A stretch of 64,000 bases of DNA from positions 8,846,599-8,910,598 of the forward strand of contig NC_081360.1 in NCBI RefSeq assembly GCF_030684315.1, given 5' to 3'. Positions 1-13,559 of the stretch are shown here, piece by piece. A program made the position numbers and the translations under genes. A model generated the notes under the pieces. It saw nothing but the letters and a program-made list of their open reading frames with translations, was not told the origin of the DNA and searched no databases. The stretch is from Stegostoma tigrinum. Its lineage: Eukaryota. Position 1 is the first letter of the stretch; each line of letters opens with the position of its first letter.

Positions 1-412
1 TTAGGCCATTGCATTCTATTCAGAAGCAATCCTACTCATTGGAGTTTAGAAGAATGAGAAGAGGTCTCATTTAAACATATAGGATTTGCAAGGGGCTTGG
101 GAGAGCCTAGGACCAGAGGGGATAGTCTCAGAATAAAAGGGTGCCAATTTAAAGCTGAGATGAGGAGAAATTTCTCCTCTCAGAGGTTCGTGAGTCTTTG
201 TAACTCCTTGCCACAGAAATCCACGGAGCAGAGTCCTTGTGTATATTTAAGGCTGAGATAGATTCTTGATCAGTAGGGAAATCAGTGTAATGGGGGAAAG
301 GCGGGAAAGTGGACGTGAGAAATGCTACATCCGCATTGATCCTATTGAATGGTACAGCATCCTCAAGGGCCTGAGTAGCCTCCTCCTGTTCCTATTTCTT
401 ATGGTCTTATGG
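1..412 (+). mobile_element. CR1/HER1-type LINE 3' end (truncated)
   Basis: End-of-ORF2-like sequence (ttagaagaatgaga..., tttaaagctgagatgagg) and a 3' tail ...cctgttcctatttcttatggtcttatgg similar to other copies in the window. Confidence 0.8.
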
Positions 413-807
413 TGTATTACTTTAGATTCCTGCCCATGTATGACATAGCTATTTTCCCAAGTTTGCACATTTGTTTTCTTCTTGTTGCATTTATTTGGAT
501 CACAATGGGAATATTGCAACTTTATCGGCACATTGGCAAGCATGAAAATCCGATGAGACAATATGGTCGTTGTACAAAAGGGCACAGAGTGTAGAGGGAG
601 AACAGATAGAAGACCATCCATAACCTAGTTCATATTCATTACACTCATGGATCTTCTGTGCACTAATATGAGTGCCTGTGTTTCACGTTTCCAGCATTCA
701 TTGCTTTTTATCCATTTGCTCTTTAATATGTGTGTGACCTTACAAACAGCTACATTTTCTCAGATTGAATATTGCCAACTGTTTAATGTGTTGTTTAATT
801 GTTACAG

Positions 808-1096
808 AAGCTATCGCCTTTCCCAGGCAGCAAAATGCTGCCCTGCTAAACCAAGAAAACCAGCAAGAGCATGCAAGCACTGCCAAGATAATCAGGAGAA
901 GAACCAGGAGAAAATCCAACAGCCGCTTTGCAGAAAGAATAACAGAAACCAAGACACGACTGCTGATCCTGGGTGGGTTTTACCAGACAGTTCTACATCA
1001 CCAAAAGCTGTTCCCGTGCCTGTGATAACTACAAATTTGATGCAAACATCAGTTATAGCCGTCAAGTCAGAACTGACTGAGGACATTGCTGAATGA
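808..1096 (+). CDS. Candidate terminal coding exon of an unidentified gene
   Basis: Non-repetitive sequence; acceptor ttgttacag ends at 807; open frame SYRLSQAAKCCPAKPRK...VKSELTEDIAE* to TGA 1096; AATAAA at 1355 and near 2114-2127. A second frame is open to 1025. Confidence 0.35.
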
Positions 1097-2639
1097 AGAC
1101 AAGGAGAGACTCTGAATGTCTCTGACCTCCTCAGAGGATTTTAGCATTTCACAATCCTAATGTTTCCCACAGGACTTCCAACTAGACTCCCACGCTACTG
1201 AACGGCAACAATACAAATGGAGCATTATTGTCGCACCAGGAGATAACTAAACAACTGTGATAATCACATTTCAGAGTCAATGCATTAAAAGAATGAGCAA
1301 TGCCTTACTTATGGCATTTTTCTTCCTGTATCAGAGCAAATCAGTAATTCAGAAAATAAATCTAATAGATTAGAATAGTTAGCTGCAGAACAGAGGCAGT
1401 GAGTGCGAATCATTTCAAACGTGCTGCAGATTAATTGGGTTTCCATCCATCCAGTTTTGGATTTTGAGAAAGATGGCCCCCACCACCGCGCTCCATACTA
1501 AAGACCTAGGTTTCTGGAAAACAAGTGACATCTGTATCAATCATATACCACAGTGCTGTGCCACACAATTTATGTAACAGCTAATAGTTCTTTTGAGTAC
1601 TTCTCAGTCACACCTCATTTTCCACACATATATTCTCCACACAAGGTCTGGCCTCCCCCACAGTACCTATTGAATCCTCCCAGCCCTAGTTTCCACTCTC
1701 TCAGAACACACAGCAGATTAGGGACAAAAAGATTATAACAAGAGTGAAATGAGATAAAGAAACTTCAAGCTAAATGTAAGCTCGAACTTTTTAGGAAGTC
1801 AATCAATATATTCTGCTTCATGCACTGGGGTGTTAGTTCTTTACAATTATTTTTATAACTCATTTGACACACATATATATATATTCAGAAACTGAGTGTT
1901 TTTGTTTCCATCGCTGAATCACAGTGACATCTTGCTTTTGTTTTTAACTGCTAACCACCACCAGTAAATCACCCATGTGACCAATTAGATATCTACATGT
2001 GAAACATGTTAGGGGCAATACAAACCATTCCATTTCATTTTATTGCCCATATGGAAATTCATTTCAAATACATTGCTTATTCATTCAGAAAATGGCACAT
2101 CAATGCATAATAACAATAAAAATAAAGAAAATTAGTCCATTACAGAACTACAACTTTAATTAAAATGTATTAAAAACTATTCCAATACATTAAAATAATC
2201 TATCATTAAATCACAACATGACTACACATCTTTATTCACTCATCAAACTGTTGTTAAAAATTATTATAGATGAGGGGATGTGTGAGTTCAAGAACCATTT
2301 TGTCCTCATCTAAGGGATTACAACTTTTTTCCTGAATGCACCCAACATTAATGCTAAGACAGGGAGTGCCTCTTATTCTTCATGACTCTATTTACTTTAA
2401 ACAAAACTCTTTGACAGCAGATTTCATTGGGAAAGATATGCTCATCGAATACCTTTCACAGTGCCACAAAAAAGTTTACTTTCCTGAGACTATGTACCAG
2501 GAGAAACATCCAAACAGAATACCACTCTCAACTAAAGCTGTATTGAAGAATTCTTAAGTGTCTGTTTCACAGATGTGAAGCAGCCTTGTATTTGTGTGGG
2601 CACATTGGCTGTGAATTACGTGGATAGCACATTTAGACA

Positions 2640-5600
2640 GGTAGTCACACTGCAACTCAGGAACTAGAGGAAAGAAGGGAATGGGTGACCACCAGACAGT
2701 CCAGAATGAACAGGCAGGTAATGCCACAGTTCGCTGGGGCCCCACCCACTAACCGGAATTCCATTTGGGAAGCTGACGAGTGTGCTGGTACCTCGGATGG
2801 ATACAGTCAGACCAAGCTTCCGGCACCACAAGCAGCTTAACAGTAAGGAGGTTAAGAAGAAGAAAAAGCAATAGTGCTAGGGGATTCTTTAATCAGGGGA
2901 GCAGACAGGCATTTCTGCAGCTGAAGATGTAACTGCAGGATGGTATTTTACCTCCATGGTACCAGGGTCAGGGATGCCACTGAACAGCAGCAGGGGATCC
3001 TGAAAGAGGACAGTGATGAGTTAGAGGTCATGGTACATGTTGGTACCAATGATATGGGCAAAGTGAGGAATGAGGTCTTGCATCAAGAATTCAAGGAGCT
3101 AGGCAGTAGATTAAAAAGCAGGACCTCAATGATTGTGATCTCTGGATTACTTCCGGCGCCATGTGGTGGTAAGTTTAGAAATAGGAAAATAGGATGGATG
3201 AATGCATAGCTCAGGAGTTGGTGCAAGAGGGATGGTTTTAGATTCCTGGCTCACCGGGACTGTTTTGGGAAGGTGGTACAAGTCTCCAACTGAACCGCAT
3301 TGGGACCAACATCCTTGCAGGAAGGTTTGCTACTGCTGTTGGGAGGAATTTAAACTGGTCTGGCAGGGGAAGGGGCCACAGAATATCGATGAAACAGAGA
3401 CACAGCTACAGCAAAGGAAGCAAGTCATAGTGAGTTCAGCTATGTTGAATGTCAGGAGAGTAAGGCAAGGCTGGATGGTCTTTGCTTTAATGCTAGGAAT
3501 GTAATAGGTAAGACTAAGTTAATGGCGTTGATTAACACGTGGAAGTTTGGCCTTATTGCCATCACAGAAACATTGTTGAAGGAAGTGCTTAGAATGGTAA
3601 CTCAACATTCTGGCATATAGGATCTTTAGGCGAAACAGAAGAAGATATAAAAACAGGTAGTAATGTACACAATTAATTAAGGACACAATTACTGCAATGA
3701 GCAATGATTCTTGGAAGGGTCCTCCATCCAAGGCATTGTGGGCAGATCTTGGAAATCTTATGGGGGCAGCTACTTTACTGGGAGTGTATTGTAGGTCCCC
3801 AAAGAGTCAGTGGGAAATAAAGGAGCAAATATGTAGACAGTTCACAGGGGTGTGTAAGAGTAATAATCAAGTAATTATACCACAGCATTTCAACTTTCCC
3901 AACATAAACTGGGGTAGTCATTATGTTAAGGGTTTAGAGGGGGTGGGCTTTTTGAACTGTATCCAGGGGAGTTTTTTGCATTAATATGTAGAAGGTTCAA
4001 CACGGGATGGCACAGAGCTGGACCTAGTTCTGGGGAGAAAAGCTGGACAGTGCTTGTTGTGGCAGTGGGGGAACATTTAGGCAATAATGACCACAACACA
4101 GTACTATTCAAATTTGTTCTGGACGAGGCTAAAAGATAGCCTGCAAAAGATGGCTGTGCGGGAAAGACAGATTTTCTTGAAATTAAGCAGGATCTGGCCG
4201 CAGTAGGCTGGAAACAGCTACCTGCAGGTAAGTCTATAATGGAACAGTATGGGGCATTTATAGAAGAGCTGGGTAGAGTACAGTCCATCACGTACATGTT
4301 ACAAGGAAATATAGGAGTACTAAGTCCTGGATATCCAGGACAATTCACAACTGGATAAAAAAGAATGGGGCTTTTAGCAAGTCCAAAGGGAGCAATTCAA
4401 CTGCTGCCCAAGAGGAATTCAGGAAGTGCTAGAGGGAACTTAAGAAAGCAATTAGAAGAGTATAAAGAGGACATGAGAAAGGACTTACCAACATGATTAA
4501 GGAGAATCCTAAGATTTTTTTAAAATACATTAAAGGGAAGAGGTTAACCAGAGATCAAGTAGGACCCATTAGGGACCAAGGGGGCAACCTTTATGTGAAA
4601 ATGTAGGACATTGGAAGGATATTGAATGATTACTTCTCTTCCTCTTCACGATGGAAAAGGTGAACATAGGTATGGAATTCAATAAAGGGGACTATGAGGG
4701 ACTTGCTGACATAGAAAATGGAGAGGTATTGGAAATGCTGTCAGCTATAAAAACAGACAGATATCCTGGCCCAGATGAATTGCGTCCCAGGTTGTTGTGA
4801 GGGGGAAGGCAAGAAATTTTCGGGAATCATAACACAAATTTTTAATTTCTCTCTGGCCCCAAGAGAAGTGCCAGAGGACTGGAGGTTGGCTAATGCAGTT
4901 CCAGTATTTAAGAAGGGTGGTAGAGATGAATCAGGAAATGATGGGATGGTGAGTGTCACTTCAGTGTTAGGGAAACTATTAGAGAAAATTCTGAAGGAGT
5001 GAATTAATACCCACTCAGAAAGGTATGCGTTAATTAGGGATAGTTATCATGGCTTTGTCAGAGGGAGGTCATACCTAACATATTTGTTAGAATTTTTTGA
5101 AATTGTGATCAGGTTTTGGATGAGGGAAGTTCAGTTGATGTTGTTTATATGGATTTTAGCAAAGCTTTTGACAAGGTCTCATATGGGAGACTGATTGAGA
5201 AAAATAAAGAAAATGGAATTAAGGGAAACTTGGCAAGATGGATCAGAAACTGGCTTAGAAATAGGACACAAAGGGTAGTGGTAGAAAGCTATTTGAGTGT
5301 CTGGAAGGCAGTGTCCAGCAGTGCACCACAAGGATCAGTACTGGGACCCATATTGTTTATTATATACATAAATAATGTAGATTAAAATGAGGGGAAAATG
5401 TTAAACAAATTTGTAGACAACACCAAGGTTGGTAGTGTGATTAACAACAAAGAAGATGGCTGTAGAATACAGGAAGATACAGATGGTTGGTCAGATGGTC
5501 AGATGGACAACCAGTGGCAGATGGTAAATAACCCCGATTAAGTACAAAGTGATGCACATTTGAAGACCAAGATGAGGGAGTATTTAATGAATGGCAGGGC

Positions 5601-5903
5601 ATTGGGTAGAGAAACAGAGGAATCTTGGGGTAATTATTCACAGATCCCTGAAGTCAGCAGAGCACGTGAATAGGATAGTTAAGAAAGCATATGTGACACT
5701 TGCTTTCATCAGTCGTGACAAATGTAAAAAAGCAAGGAGGTAGTATTGGAATTTTACAAAGGCACAACTGGAATACTGTGTGAAGCTCTGGTTGCTTCAT
5801 TACAGTAAGGATATGATAGCACTAGAGGGGGTACAGAGGATGTTCTCCAGGATATTGCCTGGATTAGAGAAATTGAGCTATAAAGGGGAGATTAGATAGG
5901 ATT
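2640..5903 (+). mobile_element. Decayed near-full-length CR1 LINE (ORF1 esterase + ORF2 APE/RT)
   Basis: ORF fragments VHVGTNDMGK (SGNH), GVYCRSP..FNFPNINW (APE), VPEDWRLANAVPVFKKG, YMDFSKAFDKV and PQGSVLGP (RT), with many stops and frameshifts. Confidence 0.92.
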
Positions 5904-6046
5904 CAGTTCTAAGGAAGGGTCACTGGACCCGAAATGTTAGCTTTGTTTTTTCCTTCAAAGATGCTGCCAGACCTGCTGATCTTTTCCAGCAACTTTGTTT
6001 TTGTTCCTGCTTTACAACATCCACACTTCTTTCAGCTCTTATTGTG
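5904..6046 (+). mobile_element. Solo Penelope terminal-repeat element (family B) with degenerate hammerhead motif
   Basis: agtt-CTAAGGA-a-gggtc-actg-gaccc-GAAA-tgtt at 5905-5938; 12-bp direct repeat ttagataggatt at 5892-5903 and 6047-6058. Confidence 0.75.
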
Positions 6047-6065
6047 TTAGATAGGATTGGATTGA

Positions 6066-7815
6066 AAGCTCCTCTTGGGAGCACATACCCTCCTGCAAAA
6101 ATTCCATCCCCTATTCCCAATTCCTTCGCTCCCAAGAGGAGGTCGAACAGTTCATCCACTTTACCTTGCACCCCAACCTCAAGTTCACCTGGACCATCTC
6201 CAACACATCCCTTAGCTTCCTGGACCTTTCTGTCTCCATTTCAGGTAACCACCTAGAAACCGACATCCATTTCAAGCCCACCGACTCCCACATCTACCTA
6301 GAATACACCTCCTCCCACCTACCCACCTGCAAAAATTCCATCCCCTATTCCCAATTCCTTCGTCTCCGCTGCATCTGATCCCAGGATGAGGCATTCCACT
6401 CCCGTACATCTCAGATGTCCTTGTTCTACAAGGACTGCAACTTCTCCCCTGCAGTGGTCGAGAATGCCCTCGACCATGTCTCCTTCATCACCTGCAACTC
6501 ATCCCTCACACCCTGTCCCCGCAATAACCACCAAAAAATTTCCCTAGTCCTCACATACCAACCCACCAACTTCCGGATACAAAACATCATTCCTCCGACA
6601 CTTCTGCCATCTACAATCCGACCCCACCACCAAAGACATTTTTCCATCCCCACCCTTGTCTGCTTTCCGGAGAGACCACTCTCTCTGGGATTCCCTTGTC
6701 CGCTCCACACTCCCTCCAGCCCCACCACACCTGGCACCTTCCCCTGCAATCGCAGGAAGTGCTACACTTGCCCCCACACCTCCTCCCTCACTCACACCCC
6801 AGGCCCCAAGAAGACTTTCCATGTCAAGCAGACGTTCACCTGCACATCTGCCAATGTGGTATACTCTGCTGTACCCGTTGTGGCTTCCTCTACATCGGGG
6901 AAACCAAGCGGAGGCTTGGGGACCGCTTTGCAGAATATCTATGCTCGGTTCGCAATAAACTACTGCACCTCCCATTCGCGAGCCATTTCAACATTCCCTC
7001 GAATTCCTTAGGCGACATGTCCATCCTGGGCCTCCTGCAGTGCCACAATGATGCCACCCAAAGATTGCAGGAACAGCAACTCATATTCCGCCTGGGAACC
7101 CTGCAGCCCAATGGTATCCATGTGGATTTCACAGGCTACAAAATCTCCCCTCCTCTCCCCTCCTGCGTGCCAAAACCAGACCAGCTCATCCCCACCTCCC
7201 TAGCCTGTTCTTCCTCTCACCTATCCCCTCATCCCACCTCAAGCCGCACCTCCATTTCCTACCTACTAACCTCATCTTGCCCCCTTGACCTGTCCATCCT
7301 CCGCGGACTGACCTAACCTATCTCAGAAGGCAGTGGAGGCCAACTCTCTGGATACCTTCAAGAAAGAGATGCATAGAGCTCTTAAAGATACTGGAATCAA
7401 GGGTTATGCAGATAAGGCAGGAACAGGATACTGATTGTGAATGATCAGCCATGATCATAATGAATGGTGGTGCTGGCTTGAAGGGCCGAATGGCCTACTC
7501 CAGCACCTATTGTCTATTGTCTATTGTCCCCTCGTTACCTTCCCACCTATACTCACTTCTACAGGCTCCATCCCTGCCCCCTTAACTTGTCTGTCTCTCT
7601 CCACCTATCTTCTCCTCTATCCATCTTCGATCCACCTCCCCTCTCTCCCGATTTATTTCAGAACCCTCTCCCCATCCCCCTTTTCTGATGAAGGCTCTAG
7701 TCCAAAACGTCAGCTTTTGTGCTCCTAAAATGCTGCTTGGCCTGCTGTGTTCATCCAGCTCCACACTTTGTTATCTCAGATTTTCCAGCATCCGCTGTTC
7801 CCATTACCCCTGATA
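6066..7815 (+). mobile_element. 5'-truncated Penelope-like retroelement (RT C-terminus + GIY-YIG endonuclease + 3' pLTR)
   Basis: HPNLKFTWTIS..LSFLDLSV..FKPTDSHIYL..IPYSQFLRLRCI; CNRRKCYTC; CTRCGFLYIGETKRRLGDRFAE..GTLQPNGI; frameshifted; degenerate hammerhead at 7685-7711. Confidence 0.92.
7320..7528 (+). mobile_element. CR1-type LINE 3' tail nested in the Penelope 3' region
   Basis: gggccgaatggcctactcc followed by a (ctattgt)3 tail; Penelope sequence resumes afterwards. Confidence 0.75.
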
Positions 7816-8189
7816 CAACCGGCCCTCTGACCCTCCTGTTTATATCTGTCAGCCAGGGGTTCCTTATTGGACCAGATTAAGAGCCCCAATCAGGGAACTC
7901 ATATTCCGTGAGGTCCACCTGTCTGACCTCATTACAATCTCTCCTTCTGAGCCCGAGACCATAACCTGGTTCCTTGTTTTGTCGTTTCTCCTTGGGTGTT
8001 TCAGCACCGGGTCAGATTCCTCCAACTCTGCCTCTGGTACGGTTGGTGTGTAATGCGTAGTAGCTCTCAGTAGTATTAACTCTCTTCTTCATGTGGCAAA
8101 GGCATCAAGGCAATGACATCCACCGTGACCATCTCAGATTCTGAAATATCCTCAGTGTTTGAGGGAGAGGAACACCCGTTGGTTCCAGA

Positions 8190-8745
8190 ACAGTAGAACA
8201 TCGAACAGTACAGCACAGTACAGGCCCTTCCAGTTCATGATGTTGTGTCGACCTGTTATCCAGATCAAACTACCCTGCATACCTTATATTATACTATCAG
8301 CCATGTGCTTATCGAAGAGTCACTTAAATGCCTCTAATGTATCTGACTCCACTACTAGTTCCGGCAGCGCATTCCACACGCCCACCACTCTCTGTGTAAC
8401 GAACCTACCTCTGACATCTCCCCTACACGTTCCTCCAATCAACTTAAAATTATGCCCCCTTGTAATTGTAATTTCCGCCCTGAGAAGAAGTCTCTGGCTA
8501 CCCATTCTATCTATGCCCCTCATCATCTTGTACGCCTCTATCAAAGTCACCTCTCATCCGTCTTTGCTCTAATGAAAAAAGACCCTAGCTCCCTCAACCT
8601 TTCCTCATAAGACCTGCCTTCCAGTTCAGGCAGCACCCTGATAAATCTCCTCTGCACCCTCTCTAAAGCTTCCACATCCTTCCTATAATGAGGTGACCAG
8701 AACTGAACACAATATTTCAAGTGTGGTCTGAGTAGGAAAGGCATT
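8190..8745 (-). mobile_element. CR1 LINE 3' fragment nested in the Gypsy element
   Basis: RPHLKYCVQFWSPHYRKDVEALERVQRR, TRGHNFKL, TQRVVGVWNALP. Confidence 0.9.
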
Positions 8746-11700
8746 TGAGGAACCGAACACATTTTTGTCCTGCACTGTTTGCTAGCTTGCGGCCTTCATG
8801 TGATCCACATGCTTGTTCAGGATTATCACACACACCCAAACTTTACACGTTACTGGAGCTGCCGTCACATCAATCATGCCTCTTATCCGTGCAGGGCCAT
8901 TCCCATGATTCCTACACCAAACTTCACCACCTGAAGTAAACTCTTTCTCTCATTTAGTTGTGTCTTGCATTAGCATTCTAGGAAGATCAGATTTAACCTG
9001 GTGCAGCTTCCCATTAGCAACTCTGCTGGAGCTAACCACGTAGCTGCATGAGACATGGTCCTATAATCAAACAGAAACCAGGACGGTTTGTTATCTAGTG
9101 AAGATATAGACTATTCCTTTAAGTCTGTCTTCAAAGTTTGGTGACTCTTTCTGCCAGACCTTTGGATGATAGATAATATGGAGCTGTCCTTACAAGTCAA
9201 ATACCATTCGATTTTCGGAAATACTCAAAACCCCTGCTGGTAAACGATGGCCTGCGACCAACACTTCTGTGAGTTCAGATATTGCTAAAGGTGCATATAG
9301 TTTTTCTATCCTCTTCTCCATGTTGACTAAGAACATTGACCTCATCAAAGGACCTACATAGTCAATATGTAACCAAGTCCACGAATGTGAGGGAGCTGCC
9401 GGTGTTAATTTTTCTCCTTGTTGCACGACCAACACAGCTATGTCTTCATCCAATCCTAGCCGCCAGTTATAAACCCTCACCAAAATCTTCATTTTGTAAA
9501 CCCCTGGATGACCCTAGTAGAGTTTAGCCAGTATTTTGCAGAGATCTTTGCTCGGGACAATCACTGTTGCTCCCTAGAACAATATGCCATCGTCTGCTGT
9601 GATTGTAGTACCGTGATTTCCTCCAGATGCAAAAAAGTTTCTATTGTGGTTGCGACGGCCTTTTGGAATCCCCCATCCTCGCCAGCTGTTTCAGTTTTGC
9701 CAGCATTGGATCTTTCTGCATCCAAAATCTGATATTGTCAGCTGTGGCTGGAAGCATGTCCAATAAGTTTAAAACCACTATGGACTCTTCCAGTGGCAGT
9801 ACCATTGGTGGTGTATCTGACAGCAGGAGGCAACTCAATTCTTCGGCATTTGCTTCTTGGCCTCTCAGATCGTGTTCCAACTTGTAATTATATACACCTA
9901 GTACTAGAGCCCGCCATTGAATTTGGCCTGAAGCTATGGATGGCAATGTCTTTTCCTCTTTAAGTAGACCTAGCAGAGGTTTGTAATCTGTAGTTATTAC
10001 AAATTTACATACGTAAAGGTATTGGTGGGACTTCCTTACTCCAAAAGTGACCGCCAAACCTTCCTTCTCTATTTGCATATTTACACCCTGCATTAGTCAA
10101 AGTCCTGGATGCATATGCTATTGGGTGTTCCTCTCCATTGGGCTACCTTTGATCTAATACTACCCCAGTGCCATAAGGGGAGGCATCGTATGTCAATACC
10201 AGATCTCACTTGGGATCATAGTGTGCCAACACCTTAGAGGATGATTTCTTCACTCCCCAGAAAGCTATGGCTTGGCTATGTGACCATTTCCAAGGCTGAC
10301 CCTTATTTAAGAGTTGATGCAAAGTTGCCAGGATGGAGGCCAGATTATGTACAAACTTTCTGTAACATTTCATCAGTCCAAGGAAAGACCTAATCTCTGG
10401 CACTGATGTGGGAGCCAGGACACATATGATTGCTATCGTTTTATCTTCCAACAGATGAAATGTGGTCTTGTCAATGCTGTAGGTCACTTGGGGTGCCAGG
10501 AACACACACATTTTCCCCTTCTAAGGCTTACACCTGCCTGGGAGAAACATGTAAGGACTATGTCAAAGTTCTCTAAATGCTCCACATTGGTGTTCCCTGT
10601 GATTAACACATCATCTAGATAAATGGCAACCTGGGATTGACCTTGCAAAATGTCCTCCATCATCTGTTTTAAAATTGCACAGGCTGACAATACGCCAAAT
10701 GACAGCCTTGTATATTGGTATAAACCCGTATGCGTATTAACTGTAGCATCCATCAAAAATCCTACAAAGGTAAACCAACACATTAGACTTCACAACTGGT
10801 ACAACCAGTGCTGCCCATTCCACAAACTGGACTGGTTTGATGATTTCTTTGCTTTCCAGCCTCCTGATTTAAACCTTCACTTATGCCCATAAGGAAAATG
10901 GCACTGGGCAGGCCTTTTGGAATCATTGAATTGCTCTCTGGTCAAAATGCAAGGTGGTATTTTCTCCTTTGATAGCCCTTAGCCCTTCCTGAACATCCTC
11001 CAGGTACTTACTTAGGACTTCACTCAGGCAGCCATTTTCTCTTGAAAAGTTGACCCTACCAAGGTGAATCTTTCTCAATCAGTTTCACCCCATCAAACTT
11101 GGGCCCGAGCTTTTTATTACAATCGCTGGTAAGTGAGCCAACTGCTTCATATAAGAGACTGGAACCAAAGTTGTGCCCTTAATCTGTAAAGATTCCCCAG
11201 TATAGGTTTGCAGTCCAGCTGAGATCTTGCCCAAGCCCAAGGATTGGAGTCCAGAATGAATTTTGTTACCATTCAACCAGGCATTTATTTTGATTGGTTT
11301 TGATTTGGATGATGCTGGCAATTTAACTGTTCCAAATTAGATGTATGTGGGCTTTCAGGGCATGGACACCAGCCTATGAGTTCTGTTACTCAATTTAGTG
11401 GGACCATTGCTGTCTCAAGTCTGCATACCAGGAGCAACTACAATTGCTTGCTGGCTCAGATCCTGAAGAAAATTTTAATAATTTGTCCAGTTCTTGGCTT
11501 TATTTTGCTGTGGGCTGGCCGCGAGTCCCTCTGTTCAAGATATGCCCTGAGTGAGGCTATGCAATTGCCTTCACTCAAATGGTGCTGCCCAAGCTCAGGC
11601 GGCCTGGTGAGGGTGTCCACTACCATCAGAAGACGCTGTAACTCATGCTCCAATTGCTGTTTTTTCCAATGATTAAGCCAATCATCGTGCCTATTTGAAG

Positions 11701-12039
11701 TTCAGTTGGACTTTAGCTAGTAGGCACTTTTGCATGGTTCCATCATTAATCCTACATACCAAAAGTCTCTCAGCATCTCATTAAAGACTAAACCAAGGCC
11801 ACATGCCTCTGGCAGTCAAATTAACTTAGTCAAAAAGTACAGTTTACCCCGGCTCTTACCGAGTAAAATTGCTGGTATCTCAGAATTAGTGGAAGCTTAG
11901 TATTGTATTATTCCTTAACTAAATCCATCAGCTTTTGAAAGTTTTTAGTATCTTGTGCCTAAGGGGAAAGTTAGGCTCCTAATAACCGAAAAAGGTGCAG
12001 GTCCACAAACTGGCTGGAGAATTGCTCATCACTTTACAT

Positions 12040-12252
12040 CTAATGAGCTGCCAGAGGAAGTGGAGAAAGCTAGTACAATTACAACATTTAACAGGCATCT
12101 GGATGGATGAATGAATGGGAAGGGTTTAGAGGAATATGGGCTAATTGCTGGCAAATGAGCCTGGACTTATTTAGGATATCTAGTTGGCATGGGCAAGAGT
12201 AACCTAAGGATCTGATTCCGTGCTGTACATCTCTATCACTCTATAACTCTGT
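12040..12252 (+). mobile_element. CR1 LINE 3' tail nested in Gypsy gag
   Basis: aatgagctgccagaggaagtgg... ending in a ctctatcactctataactct tail. Confidence 0.75.
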
Positions 12253-12469
12253 CTGCCCCCATGTCACTTGTCTGGAAAAGATAATGCATTCTTTCCACAC
12301 ACTGGGCTCAGTCTTTGATGGCAATGTTGAATGAGTCAAGCTTCCAACAAAAAAGCATAATGCCAGAGATGCTTACCCCACCTCAAAGATGACTGTTACA
12401 ATAAATTTCTCGCATCACCACTGAAATAACTCCTTAGAATTGCTACAAATCTGAATGTTAGGTTTCAAC

Positions 12470-13525
12470 CTGCTTGATCAGTAGAGGTGCTGTTGAGCCA
12501 CTCTCAGCAATGGGTATTGAAGTGACCTGAATAGAATACATGCTGTGCCTTTGCTATCCTCAGTGCTTCTTCAATACGGTATTCAATATGTGCGAGTGCT
12601 GATTCATCTGCAGGAAGAGAGCAGTCAGTGGGAATCAATAGGAGGGTTCCTTGCCCATGTTTGACTTGAACCCATGGAACCTGGAATCAATGTTAAGGAC
12701 TCCCACTCTCTCATCACTGTGTAACACTGTTTTGCCCCATCACTCATGGACGTGCTCAGCTGGGACATATCAAGAATGTTGTTGCAGGAATCTGGGACAT
12801 GATTGGATGAGTATAACAATGTTGGGCTAAAAGCACTTTATCATTTTTAGTACCCAGATTGATGGCACATTATTCATTCAATGGAGATGGTCACTGCCTG
12901 CACGTGTGAGATGCAAATGTTACTTGCCACTCAGTAGCCACTCCTAAATATTGGACAGGTCTTACTGTATCTGGCATTGAACTATTCAGTATTTGATAAG
13001 TTATAAATGGAACCAAACTCTGTGTAGTTATCAGTGAGTATCCCACTTCTACTTACAATTGATGATAGGTCATTGATGAACCAGCTGATTATAGTTGGGT
13101 ATAGGACATTACGCTGTGCGGCATCAAGGAGACCTGGGAACCCCAGGGCAAACTCTCTGGTGGATAGAGTCATACCTGACACATAGGAAGATGGTTGTGG
13201 TTGTTGGAGGTCAGTTATCTCAGCTCCAGGATATCTCTGCAAGAATTCCTCAGGGTAGTGTCCTAGACCCAACCATCATCAGTTGCTTCATCAATGACCT
13301 TCTGCAAGTTCCCCTCCAAGCCTCCATTCTGACTTGGAAATATATCCCCACTCCTTTACAGTGATTGGATCTAAACCCTGAAACTGCTTCCCAACATCAC
13401 TGAGGGTCATCGTACACCCAGGAACTGAAACACTTAAAGAAGTGTTCACCACCACCTACTTCAAAGCAAGTAGAGAGGGAAATAAATGATGGCTCAGGCA
13501 GTGACATCCAGATTGTATGAAAAAA
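12470..13525. mobile_element. Fragments of a second LINE family, in both orientations
   Basis: RT piece WIESYLTHRKMVVVVGGQ..PQGSVLDP on +, with a homologous piece on - at 12830-13115; 3' end related to 26300-26780. Confidence 0.75.
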
Positions 13526-13559
13526 GGCATGGTTTAGGTTTGCTGGAATGGTACCCACC

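Larger units (their letters stand above)
7820..12435 (-). mobile_element. Decayed Ty3/Gypsy LTR retrotransposon
   Basis: Minus-strand fragments: protease-like (11085-11321), RT (TVNTHTGLYQYTRLSFGV, IYLDDVLI), RNase H (QIEKEGLAVTFGVRK, TDYKPLLGLL), integrase (WLHIDYVGP); gag-like start near 12357; partial LTR-like sequence at 7820-7940. Confidence 0.9.

Noticed and set aside
2940-3209. SGNH esterase-like ORFs (also at 31897-32406 and 55339-56121) as host enzymes
   Set aside because: This is the known CR1 ORF1 esterase domain, frameshifted and embedded in LINEs
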